DNA of 64,000 nt from an uncultured Gemmatimonadales bacterium (GCA_963704805.1 CAVPHS010000001.1:741694-805693); one strand, 5' to 3'; counted from the stretch's first letter, positions 37,930 through 46,054 are shown. Numbers and translations are program-made. The notes: generated by a model from the letters alone, not told the origin.

Positions 37930-39442
37930 AGACCGCCGGCTCTACATCGGCGTCGCGCTCTGTGCGCTCGTTCCACACGTCGGCGCGCTGTGGAATGGCT
38001 TCGCGATGGATGATCTCTACATCATCGCCTGGAATCCTCTGGTGCACTCGATGAGCGGTGTGTGGAAGGCGTTCGCCGCTCCCTACTGGCCGCCCGACCT
38101 CGGTGGTCAGATGTACCGGCCCCTGCCGCTTGCGACCTATGCGATCGATTGGGCGATTGCCGGCGGTCATCCCGCCTGGTTTCACGCGCTCAACCTCCTG
38201 TGGCATGCTGGAATGGCGATAGCTGTCACGGCACTCGCACTGCGTCTCCCCTCTCCCGACGGGAGAGGGGGACAAGGGGTGAGGACTGCTGGGCTCGTTG
38301 CCGGGTTGCTCTTTGCGGTGCATCCGGTGCACGTCGAAGCGATCGCCAATGTGATTGGGCGCGGCGAGCTGATGGCCGCGCTCGGGGTCTGCCTCGCGGT
38401 GTACGCTGCGGTGGTCAAAGACAGCATCGGATGGAGCGCGCTGGCGCTTGCCTGCGGATTGCTGAGCAAGGAGAACGCCGTCGTGGCGCCGGGCCTCATC
38501 GCGTGGGCGTGGATCGTGGGACTTCGCCGTCCGCCACGTGCCCGCATGGCGGCGTACGCGGGAAGCTGGCTCGTGATCACCGTCGGTTACCTGGCCGTGC
38601 GAGCGGTGGTACTGCATCCCTACGCGCGCCTGCACGCCACGGCGCCTGCGTTCGTCGGCGAATCCTTTCTCGCCGGCCGGTTGACGGCCCTCGCTGAACT
38701 GTGGGATGTACTGCGTCTGTTGATCGCCCCGCTCATACTGCGGGTGGACTACTCGCCCGCTGAGCGAACCATCGTCCACAGCCTGATCGACGGCCGATTC
38801 GTTCTCGGCATTGCCTGTTTCGCGCTTTGGGCTGCGCTCTTGGCGGCAGCCTGGCGGCGTGAGCGCCGGGTCGAAGCGTTCGGATTGGGCTGGATCGCGA
38901 TCGCGTTCTTCCCAGTCGCCAATCTGCTCTTCTCGACCGGCGTGTTGATGGCCGAGCGCACGCTGTATCTCCCCTCGGTTGGCTTGGCGCTCGCGCTGGG
39001 GACGGTGCTGTCACGTCTCTCTCCTGATCGCCTGCGTCTGGCCGCCGGCCTGCTCGTCCTTGCTGGCGGCATTCGTTCGGCGCTACGCGTGCCCGTGTGG
39101 CGTGATGACGTAACGGTCACGATGAGCATGCTCGAGGATTCGCCGCGTTCCTATCGCGGTCACGCGCGGGTGGCGGCGATCTATCAGAGCCATCGCCAAC
39201 CGGAGCGCGCCCTCACCGAGCTGCGCACGGCGATGCACACGTACGATCGTGATCCCACGTTGTTCATCGCTGGGGCCGATGCGGCATTCACGCTGGGACG
39301 GCCAGGACTGGCGGATTCGATGCTCGTCCGGGCCGAGCAGCTCTGTTTCCGCTGCGCCGGTGCGTATCGGACGCAGGCTCTCGCTGCCCGCTCCCGCGGC
39401 GACAGCGCCGTCGCGGATTCCTTGATGGCACGCGCGCCGTGA
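37919..39442 (+). CDS. TMTC/PMT-like GT-C membrane glycosyltransferase with a C-terminal TPR-like domain (paralog 1)
   Basis: First-loop motif FAMDDLYIIAWNP, YRPLPLATYAIDW, HALNLLWH, AVHPVHVEAIANVIGRGEL and a helical-repeat C-terminus. It contains REP-like copy B (..LPSPDGRGGQGVRT..). Confidence 0.5.
   Translation: MDSRDRRLYIGVALCALVPHVGALWNGFAMDDLYIIAWNPLVHSMSGVWKAFAAPYWPPDLGGQMYRPLPLATYAIDWAIAGGHPAWFHALNLLWHAGMAIAVTALALRLPSPDGRGGQGVRTAGLVAGLLFAVHPVHVEAIANVIGRGELMAALGVCLAVYAAVVKDSIGWSALALACGLLSKENAVVAPGLIAWAWIVGLRRPPRARMAAYAGSWLVITVGYLAVRAVVLHPYARLHATAPAFVGESFLAGRLTALAELWDVLRLLIAPLILRVDYSPAERTIVHSLIDGRFVLGIACFALWAALLAAAWRRERRVEAFGLGWIAIAFFPVANLLFSTGVLMAERTLYLPSVGLALALGTVLSRLSPDRLRLAAGLLVLAGGIRSALRVPVWRDDVTVTMSMLEDSPRSYRGHARVAAIYQSHRQPERALTELRTAMHTYDRDPTLFIAGADAAFTLGRPGLADSMLVRAEQLCFRCAGAYRTQALAARSRGDSAVADSLMARAP
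38248..38286 (+). repeat. REP-like element copy B inside a GT-C-like CDS
   Basis: CCCCTCTCCCGACGGGAGAGGGGGACAAGGGGTGAGGAC-type sequence, read directly. Confidence 0.9.
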
Positions 39443-40995
39443 AGCGCGAGCTCATCGTCGTGTTTGTCTTCGCGGTGGCGCTGTATCTGCCGGCAGCGCG
39501 GTACGGCTTCGTCCAGGACGACCGCGCGATCATCGTATCGAACCCCGCCGCTCATTCTATAGGGAATGCGCTCCGCGCATTTGACGACCCCTACTGGCCG
39601 CGCGAAACGGGAGCGGGGTTGTATCGGCCGGTGACGATCCTCAGCTACGCGGTCGATTGGGCGGTCTCCGGCGGGCGCGCCGGATGGTTGCATCTGATGA
39701 ACGCGCTGTGGCATGGCCTGGCCACGGTGCTATTCGTGTGCGTCATCGCGCGCTGGCTTCCGCCGCTCGGCGCCGCGGCGGCAGGGTTGATCTTCGCTTG
39801 GCACCCCGTGCACGTCGAGGCGGTCGCGAGCCTCGTGGGACGGGCCGAGCTGCTCGTTGCCGCCGGCATTCTCGGAGCGGTCCTCGCAGCACGGCGTGGC
39901 TGGTGGCTCGTCGCAGTGCTGTGTGCGGCGGTCGCGATGTTCAGCAAAGAGCACGGTGTCATTACCGGTGTCGTCATACTGCTCGACCAGTGGCTCTGTC
40001 CTCACCCCCTGGCCCCCTCTCCCTTCGGGAGAGGGGGTACGGTGGGGAGATACCCGGGTGGGCTCTGGATCGCGCTCGGGATCGTGACGGCGGGTTTTGT
40101 TGCCGCGTGGCTTGCCGTTGGTTGGGTCGGAGAGAACGACGCCGCCGCGGTCTTTTATGGAAGGGGAACGTGGGGACGATTGGCGATCGCGCTGCCGGCG
40201 GTGCTACGCGCCGCGTGGGTGCTCGTGTGGCCCGCCTCATTATCGGCCGATTACGGCCCGCAGGTGATTCCAGCGCGCGCCGGCTTCTCGCTCGCGGCGC
40301 TGCTCGGATTCTGCGTCGTCCTCTTCGTTCCAGCGCTCGCGCTGTGGTGCCGGCGGCGGGCGCCCGCGATCTCATTCGCGGCCGGACTGGCGACGCTCTC
40401 TTATGTGCCGACGGCAAATCTGTTTTTTCCTTCCGGCGTGGCGCTGGCGGAGCGCAATCTCTATCTCGCCGTTGCCCTTCCCGCAGTGCTCGTCGGCTTA
40501 GCCGGCACATGGCTCGCCACTCGGCGAGGTGCGCGGCAGGCGGCAGTCGCTACGGCGATTCTCGTCGTCGCGGCTGGAGCGCGCTCGCTGGCGCGGCTGC
40601 CTGCCTGGGAGGACAACCGGTCGCAGCTGCTCACGTTGCTGGCCGATCATCCCGAATCGTATCGAGCCCACGCGTCCGCTGCGGCGGTGCTTGCCGGACT
40701 GCATGACACCGCCGGCGCTCGACGCGAGTATCGAACAGCGGACTCGCTGTTCCCGGACGATCCGTATCTCGATGGGGCGCACGCGATCTTTCTGATCGGC
40801 ATCGGGGACACAACGGCGGCGGTGCCGCTGATCGATCGACGCAGCGACACGCAGGTGGGCGAGCGAATGGCGTGGCGAGCGCGCTTTTTGCTCGAGCTGG
40901 CTCGCCAACATCCCGCTCGGGCGCGCGCCATGGCCGACTCGGCAGCCACGCGGTGGCCCCGCGAAGGGGAGTGGTACCGTGCGTACCTGCCGTGA
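39439..40995 (+). CDS. TMTC/PMT-like GT-C membrane glycosyltransferase with a C-terminal TPR-like domain (paralog 2)
   Basis: Motifs FVQDDRAIIVSNP, YRPVTILSYAVDW, LMNALWH and AWHPVHVEAVASLVGRAEL. GTGA overlaps the preceding gene. It contains REP-like copy C (..PHPLAPSPFGRGG..). Confidence 0.5.
   Translation: MKRELIVVFVFAVALYLPAARYGFVQDDRAIIVSNPAAHSIGNALRAFDDPYWPRETGAGLYRPVTILSYAVDWAVSGGRAGWLHLMNALWHGLATVLFVCVIARWLPPLGAAAAGLIFAWHPVHVEAVASLVGRAELLVAAGILGAVLAARRGWWLVAVLCAAVAMFSKEHGVITGVVILLDQWLCPHPLAPSPFGRGGTVGRYPGGLWIALGIVTAGFVAAWLAVGWVGENDAAAVFYGRGTWGRLAIALPAVLRAAWVLVWPASLSADYGPQVIPARAGFSLAALLGFCVVLFVPALALWCRRRAPAISFAAGLATLSYVPTANLFFPSGVALAERNLYLAVALPAVLVGLAGTWLATRRGARQAAVATAILVVAAGARSLARLPAWEDNRSQLLTLLADHPESYRAHASAAAVLAGLHDTAGARREYRTADSLFPDDPYLDGAHAIFLIGIGDTTAAVPLIDRRSDTQVGERMAWRARFLLELARQHPARARAMADSAATRWPREGEWYRAYLP
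40000..40037 (-). repeat. REP-like element copy C (inverted orientation) inside a GT-C-like CDS
   Basis: CCTCACCCCCTGGCCCCCTCTCCCTTCGGGAGAGGGGG, read directly. This is the reverse orientation of copies A, B and D. Confidence 0.9.
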
Positions 40996-41125
40996 GTAGC
41001 CCCCGCGTCCGGCGTGGCGAATTGCAAAAAGCATGAGTTTCTGATCCCTTTTGGGTGGTCAGCAAAGGCTTACTAGACGTGTTAACTTGTTGAGCTCATG
41101 ATAGATAACCTCAGATACCCATCTA

Positions 41126-41142
41126 AGGCATGATTCGTGCTT
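41126..41142 (+). promoter_or_regulatory. Candidate sigma54 promoter of pilin copy 1
   Basis: AGGCATGATTCGTGCTT has GG-N10-GC spacing against the consensus TGGCACG-N4-TTGCW. It lies 62 nt upstream of ATG 41204 in an AT-richer spacer. Confidence 0.4.
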
Positions 41143-41203
41143 CCTACGGGGTCCGGACCGTAGATGTGCCCGTGTTTCAGATCTCTTCAGGGAGGTAGTC
41201 CAG

Positions 41204-41572
41204 ATGAACCGCAAGGGCTTTACACTGATCGAACTTCTGATCGTCGTCGTGATCATTGGTATTTTGGCCGCGATTGCGATTCCGAAGTTCGCGAACACGA
41301 AGGAGAAGGCGTATCTGGCGTCAATGAAGTCGGACCTGCGGAACCTGATCACAGCCGAAGAGGCGTATTTCGCCGACTCGGTGAAGTACACGACCAACCT
41401 CGGCACGGCGTATAACGTGACCAGCGGTGTTGTCGGCCCCACCATTGCGGTGACGGCTGACGGGTTCACGGCGACGGTGTCGCACACCACGACCACGAAG
41501 ACGTGCGCGGTGTACGTTGGTTCGACGCCGCTTGCCCCGGCCAACAAGGAAGGCGAGCCGAAGTGCGCATAA
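41204..41572 (+). CDS. pilA: Type IVa major pilin (copy 1)
   Basis: MNRKG/FTLIELLIVVVIIGILAAIAIP is the class III signal with Glu at mature position 5. It has a C-terminal Cys pair (KTC..EPKC). SD gggagg lies upstream. Confidence 0.85.
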   Translation: MNRKGFTLIELLIVVVIIGILAAIAIPKFANTKEKAYLASMKSDLRNLITAEEAYFADSVKYTTNLGTAYNVTSGVVGPTIAVTADGFTATVSHTTTTKTCAVYVGSTPLAPANKEGEPKCA

Positions 41573-41595
41573 GGCCTATGGCCTAAGACACGAAG

Positions 41596-41628
41596 AGCGG
41601 CGGGGGACACAAATCCCCGCCGCTTTTT
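41596..41628 (+). terminator. Rho-independent terminator after pilin copy 1
   Basis: AGCGGCGGGGGA..TCCCCGCCGCT stem (one bulged G), followed by TTTTT. Confidence 0.7.
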
Positions 41629-41699
41629 GTGTGACCAAACGTTTCATGCCCGAGTCCTAGCGAAGCGCCTGTGTCTGTGTCCCGTAAATGGAGGTCGCA

Positions 41700-42068
41700 G
41701 TGAACCGCAAAGGCTTTACCCTGATTGAGCTTCTGATCGTTGTCGTGATCATCGGCATTTTGGCCGCGATTGCGATTCCGAAGTTCGCGAACACGAAGGA
41801 GAAGGCGTATCTGGCGTCGATGAAGTCGGACCTGCGGAACCTGATCACGGCCGAAGAGGCGTATTTCGCCGACTCGGTGAAGTACACAACCAACCTCGGC
41901 ACGAACTACAACACGACCAGCGGCGTGGTTGGCCCCACCATTGCGGTGACGGCTGACGGGTTCACGGCGACGGTGTCGCACACCACGACCACGAAGACGT
42001 GCGCGGTGTACGTTGGTTCGACCCCGCTTGCCCCAGCCAACAAGGAAGGCGAGCCGAAGTGCGCATAA
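41700..42068 (+). CDS. pilA: Type IVa major pilin (copy 2)
   Basis: GTG 41700 gives MNRKGFTLIELL.., identical in leader length to copies 1 and 3. ATG 41688 (MEVAVNRKG..) is the alternative start. The mature protein is identical to copy 3. Confidence 0.8.
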   Translation: MNRKGFTLIELLIVVVIIGILAAIAIPKFANTKEKAYLASMKSDLRNLITAEEAYFADSVKYTTNLGTNYNTTSGVVGPTIAVTADGFTATVSHTTTTKTCAVYVGSTPLAPANKEGEPKCA

Positions 42069-42091
42069 GGCCTTTGGCCTAAGGCACGGAG

Positions 42092-42126
42092 AGCGGCGGG
42101 GACTTGAATCCCCGCCGCTTTTTTTT
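42092..42126 (+). terminator. Rho-independent terminator after pilin copy 2
   Basis: AGCGGCGGGGA cttgaa TCCCCGCCGCT followed by T8. Confidence 0.8.
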
Positions 42127-42309
42127 AATGGACCTTCGTCAACCACGGGTCCATGGCTTCCTGGTATCGCACGCCTTAGCGGTTCAACGCGTTAACCCAC
42201 TATCGTTGCAGATTGCGTCTACTCCCAGCAGGGTTTCCGCTGCCGTTTTCTCTCTGGTACGCTGCGTAACCTATTGTCCTTACATATTATAGAGTAAGCA
42301 GGCATGTGT

Positions 42310-42325
42310 GGGCATGCTAGCTGCC
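42310..42325 (+). promoter_or_regulatory. Candidate sigma54 promoter of pilin copy 3
   Basis: GGGCATGCTAGCTGCC shares the GGCATG-N5-TGC pattern seen upstream of copy 1. It lies 79 nt upstream of ATG 42404. Confidence 0.35.
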
Positions 42326-42403
42326 TATACTAAGCTCAGAACATTGGCAATTCCTTATGATTGACCCACTCAATTTGCTGCTTTCGGCGAGGAGCGAGTA
42401 CCG

Positions 42404-42772
42404 ATGAACCGCAAGGGCTTTACACTGATTGAGCTTCTGATCGTTGTCGTGATCATCGGCATTTTGGCCGCGATTGCGATTCCGAAGTTCGCGAACACGA
42501 AGGAGAAGGCGTATCTGGCGTCGATGAAGTCGGACCTGCGGAACCTGATCACGGCCGAAGAGGCGTATTTCGCCGACTCGGTGAAGTACACAACCAACCT
42601 CGGCACGAACTACAACACGACCAGCGGCGTGGTTGGCCCCACCATTGCGGTGACGGCTGACGGGTTCACGGCGACGGTGTCGCACACCACGACCACGAAG
42701 ACGTGCGCGGTGTACGTTGGTTCGACCCCGCTTGCCCCGGCCAACAAGGAAGGCGAGCCGAAGTGCGCATAA
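42404..42772 (+). CDS. pilA: Type IVa major pilin (copy 3)
   Basis: MNRKG/FTLIELLIVVVIIGILAAIAIP. By hand alignment it differs from copy 2 at only 3 synonymous positions within the CDS, plus one change in the terminator loop. Confidence 0.85.
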   Translation: MNRKGFTLIELLIVVVIIGILAAIAIPKFANTKEKAYLASMKSDLRNLITAEEAYFADSVKYTTNLGTNYNTTSGVVGPTIAVTADGFTATVSHTTTTKTCAVYVGSTPLAPANKEGEPKCA

Positions 42773-42794
42773 GGCCTTTGGCCTAAGGCACGGA

Positions 42795-42829
42795 GAGCGG
42801 CGGGGACTTGAGTCCCCGCCGCTTTTTTT
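42795..42829 (+). terminator. Rho-independent terminator after pilin copy 3
   Basis: AGCGGCGGGGA cttgag TCCCCGCCGCT followed by T8. Confidence 0.8.
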
Positions 42830-42846
42830 TGGCCCATATTCAGTAA

Positions 42847-43992
42847 GTGGCCGGAAAACCTTCCCTCCGCGCGCTCGTACTGGTGCAGCTCGCTTTCCTC
42901 GCCGCGACGGCGCTGATCCTCGGCGCGGCGACGAGCCTGCTTGCGAGCACGGTTGCACCCGAACGCACCGTTCCGCTGGTCCTCGCCGTCGTCATCGCCG
43001 ATGTTGCCATCTTCATCGGCTTCGGCCATTACCTGGTTACACGACTCGTGCTCCAGCCGCTCGATCGCCTGATCGCCGCAGCGGATTCCGTCGTGGCGGG
43101 CGATTTCGCGGCGCGGGCCCCCGAGGCGGAAACCGCCGATCTCACCGCGCTGAGCCAGCGCATCAACCGCATGACCGACCACCTCCTCGACGCGCAGGGC
43201 CAGCTCGTACGCGCCGAGAAGCTCGCCAGCATCGGCCGGCTCGCCGCGGGCATCGCGCACGAGATCGGCAATCCACTCGGCAGCGCGACGACGTATCTCG
43301 AGGTGCTGCGGCGGCGCGAGCCGCAGGCCCGCGAGGTCATGGAGGGGCTGAACCGCGAGCTCGAGCGCATCGATAAGATCGTCCGCAGCCTGCTCGACTA
43401 CGCCCGGCCGCAGGAGGACAATGTGCAGCCGGTCGATCCGCGAGCCGTCATCCAGGCCGCGTTCGATCTCTTGAACGCGCAGGGGGCGTTCCGGCGGGTT
43501 ACCGCCTCGCTCGACTGTCCCGATACATTGCCACGGATCATGGGGCGTGCCCATCCACTCGAACAGGCGCTCGTGAACCTGCTCCTCAACGCGACATTCG
43601 CCGCGGCAGGAGGGGTTGTCGTTCTGGGTGCACGGCCGTGGGCCTATGAGCCCGGCCGGGTGGGGCGCCCGCGGCGCGCCAACGATCCGGTCGACCGCGC
43701 TTTTCCGCGCGCGCCAGAGCGCCGGCCGACTCGCGCGGAGTTCACCGCGGGACTGAACGGCGTGTTGTTCTACGTCGCCGATTCCGGACCCGGCGTCCCA
43801 CCGGAGAGCCGCGAGATGATCTTCGACCCCTTCTACACGACCAAAGACCCCGGTCAGGGGACCGGACTGGGTCTCGCCATCGTCGCGCGCGTGGTCGACG
43901 ACATGGGGGGCGTGGTATGGGTCGACACCGCGCGGGAAGGAGGCGCCGTCTTCAAGATGTTCTTCCCGGCCGCGTTGCCGACTCCCCAATGA
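42847..43992 (+). CDS. Sensor histidine kinase (2 TM + HAMP + HisKA + HATPase)
   Basis: H-box GIAHEIGNPLG, HAMP-like segment LDRLIAAADSVVAGDFAARA, and G-boxes DSGPGVP and GTGLGLAIV. Confidence 0.7.
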   Translation: MAGKPSLRALVLVQLAFLAATALILGAATSLLASTVAPERTVPLVLAVVIADVAIFIGFGHYLVTRLVLQPLDRLIAAADSVVAGDFAARAPEAETADLTALSQRINRMTDHLLDAQGQLVRAEKLASIGRLAAGIAHEIGNPLGSATTYLEVLRRREPQAREVMEGLNRELERIDKIVRSLLDYARPQEDNVQPVDPRAVIQAAFDLLNAQGAFRRVTASLDCPDTLPRIMGRAHPLEQALVNLLLNATFAAAGGVVVLGARPWAYEPGRVGRPRRANDPVDRAFPRAPERRPTRAEFTAGLNGVLFYVADSGPGVPPESREMIFDPFYTTKDPGQGTGLGLAIVARVVDDMGGVVWVDTAREGGAVFKMFFPAALPTPQ

Positions 43993-45335
43993 GCCGCGTC
44001 CTGATCGTGGACGACGAGCCCGGGCTCAGGCAGTCGCTCGGCCTTTTGCTCAGCGACGCCGGCTACGAGGTCGCCGCGGAGAGCGATGGCCGGGGCGCGC
44101 TCGCGCGCGCCATCAGCGAGCCGGTCGACCTGATCCTGTGCGACGTGCGCATGCCCCAGCTCGACGGGCTCGCATTCCTGCGCGCGTATCGTGCAAAAGG
44201 GGGATCCGCGCTCGTCATCATGATGAGTGCGTACGGCGGTGAGGACGCGGCGCTCGCCGCGATGAAAGAAGGCGCCTACGACTATATCCCCAAACCGTTC
44301 CGCTCCGACGAGGTCGTGCTGACGCTGCGCAAGGCGGAAGAGCGCGAACGGCTGCGCCGCGAGGTGGCGGGCCTGCGTGCCCAGCTCGCCGACGGCGGAG
44401 ACTCGGCGCGGGAGCTGGTGGTGGAAAGCCGCGCGATGCGGGCGGCCCTCGACGTCGTGGCGCGCGTCGCCGAGCACAACACCACGGTGCTCATCACGGG
44501 TGAGAGCGGTACGGGCAAGGAGATGATCGCCCGCGCGATCCACCGCGCGAGTCCGCGCGCGGGTCGTCCATTCATCGGCATCAACTGCGCGGCGATTCCC
44601 GACGCACTGCTCGAGTCCGAGCTGTTCGGCCACGTGCGCGGGGCATTCACCGGCGCCACCGCCGACAAGGCGGGACTGTTCGAGCAGGCCGACGGCGGAA
44701 CGTTACTGCTCGATGAAATCGGCGAGCTCCCCGGCCCCTTGCAGGCGAAGTTGCTGCGGGTGCTCCAGGAAAACGAGATCCGCCGCGTCGGCGACCACAA
44801 GATGCGGCCCATCGATGTGCGTGTGCTCGCGGCGACCGCTCGCGACCTGCAGGCGGAGGCCGCCGCGGGGCGGTTCCGTGAGGATCTGTTCTACCGGTTG
44901 AACGTCGTTGCCATCGCGCTCCCGCCCCTGCGCGAGCGGCGGGACGACATCCGGCCGCTCGCGCAGCACTTCGTCGCCAGTCTGGCGCGGCGCTTTGCCC
45001 GGCCCCTGGTCTTGAGTGATACAGCCCTCGCCTGGCTCGAGGAACAGGAGTGGCGGGGCAACGTGCGCGAGCTCGAGAACGCAATCGAGCGCGCCGTCGT
45101 GCTCTCGGACCGCGATACCGTAGAGCCAGCAGCGTTCGCCAGTGCTCCGGCGGCAAGCGCGCAGGCGCCGGCCAGCACCGTGGGCACACTCGACGACGCT
45201 GTGTCGGCGGCGGAACGGACCGCGATTACGGCCGCCCTGAAGGTCGAGGATGGGAATCGGCGCGCGGCGGCGAAACGGTTGGGGGTGAGTCTGCGGACCC
45301 TCTTTTACAAGATGACGCGCTACGGTATTTCGTAG
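43989..45335 (+). CDS. Sigma54-dependent response regulator (NtrC family), second copy
   Basis: ATG 43989 overlaps the kinase stop (ATGA). Motifs are VLIVDDEPGL, GESGTGKEM, GAFTGA and the HTH NRRAAAKRLGVSLRTLFYKM. Confidence 0.75.
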   Translation: MSRVLIVDDEPGLRQSLGLLLSDAGYEVAAESDGRGALARAISEPVDLILCDVRMPQLDGLAFLRAYRAKGGSALVIMMSAYGGEDAALAAMKEGAYDYIPKPFRSDEVVLTLRKAEERERLRREVAGLRAQLADGGDSARELVVESRAMRAALDVVARVAEHNTTVLITGESGTGKEMIARAIHRASPRAGRPFIGINCAAIPDALLESELFGHVRGAFTGATADKAGLFEQADGGTLLLDEIGELPGPLQAKLLRVLQENEIRRVGDHKMRPIDVRVLAATARDLQAEAAAGRFREDLFYRLNVVAIALPPLRERRDDIRPLAQHFVASLARRFARPLVLSDTALAWLEEQEWRGNVRELENAIERAVVLSDRDTVEPAAFASAPAASAQAPASTVGTLDDAVSAAERTAITAALKVEDGNRRAAAKRLGVSLRTLFYKMTRYGIS

Positions 45336-45367
45336 TGCAATTCTCTGCACAAACGCAGAGAATTGCA
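45336..45367. promoter_or_regulatory. Perfect 13-bp inverted repeat (possible operator or weak terminator) directly after the regulator gene
   Basis: TGCAATTCTCTGC acaaac GCAGAGAATTGCA. No T-run follows. Confidence 0.4.
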
Positions 45368-45423
45368 ATCGTTTGATTAGGTCCCACCCATCATAAGCTC
45401 TTGTCAAATCACGTGTTACATCG

Positions 45424-45439
45424 TGGCACGAGCCATGTA
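45424..45439 (+). promoter_or_regulatory. Candidate sigma54 promoter of minor-pilin operon 1
   Basis: TGGCACGAGCCATGTA has a perfect -24 TGGCACG but a non-canonical -12 (TGT instead of TGC). SD GGAGGG at 45457-45462 and ATG 45466 follow at a plausible distance. Confidence 0.4.
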
Positions 45440-45465
45440 TAGGAATTCCCCAACCTGGAGGGTGC

Positions 45466-46053
45466 ATGGGTCGCTGGGATCGCTGGGGTGGCTATCGCAA
45501 TCGCGCAGGCTTTACGGTGATCGAGCTGGTCATCGTCATGGTCCTGATCGGCCTCATTGTCGCGATCGCGGCACCGCGGATCGATACGACCAAGTACAGG
45601 GTCGAGAGCGCCATGCAGGGGTTGGGAGTGGGTCTGCTGGCGCAGGAACGGCTCGCGATCACCAAGCAGCACGACATCATCATCCTCTTCGACCAGGCGA
45701 ACAACTCGATTCGCATTCACGAAGATCGGAATAACAACGGGCTGATCGATGCAGGTGAGCGCGTGCGCGGCATGCCGCTCGGCGAAGGAATCGTGTTTGG
45801 CCGAGGAGCAGCGCCGGCGCGGCCGATGGGGGCCGGGCCGATCACGTTCGTGAAACACATCGGCACCTTCCCGGCCCTGGTGTTCCACCGCGACGGCAGT
45901 GCGAGCGAAGCAGCGGGTTTCTACATCACGTCGGTGCGCGCGGCAGCCGGTACGATTCGCGCGACCGACGCGCGAGCGATCGAGCTCGAAGCGGCAACGG
46001 GACGGGCGTCCTGGTACCGCTACAACGGCTCCAAATGGCTGAGGGCGTTCTGA
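45466..46053 (+). CDS. Minor pilin, GspH/FimT-like (prepilin N-terminal methylation domain)
   Basis: ..NRAG/FTVIELVIVMVLIGLIVAIAAP. 195 aa. Confidence 0.6.
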   Translation: MGRWDRWGGYRNRAGFTVIELVIVMVLIGLIVAIAAPRIDTTKYRVESAMQGLGVGLLAQERLAITKQHDIIILFDQANNSIRIHEDRNNNGLIDAGERVRGMPLGEGIVFGRGAAPARPMGAGPITFVKHIGTFPALVFHRDGSASEAAGFYITSVRAAAGTIRATDARAIELEAATGRASWYRYNGSKWLRAF

Positions 46054-46054
46054 C

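Noticed and set aside
41573-41699. A sigma54 promoter for pilin copy 2.
   Set aside because: No GG-N10-GC element resembling those upstream of copies 1 and 3 was found in the 115-nt spacer. Copy 2 may depend on read-through or a different promoter, so nothing was called.
42069-42403. The small ORF 42104-42292 and a possible sRNA in the AT-richer spacer before pilin copy 3.
   Set aside because: The ORF has no SD, no motif and an odd composition. No convincing independent promoter-terminator pair was seen. The spacer is treated as a regulatory region only.
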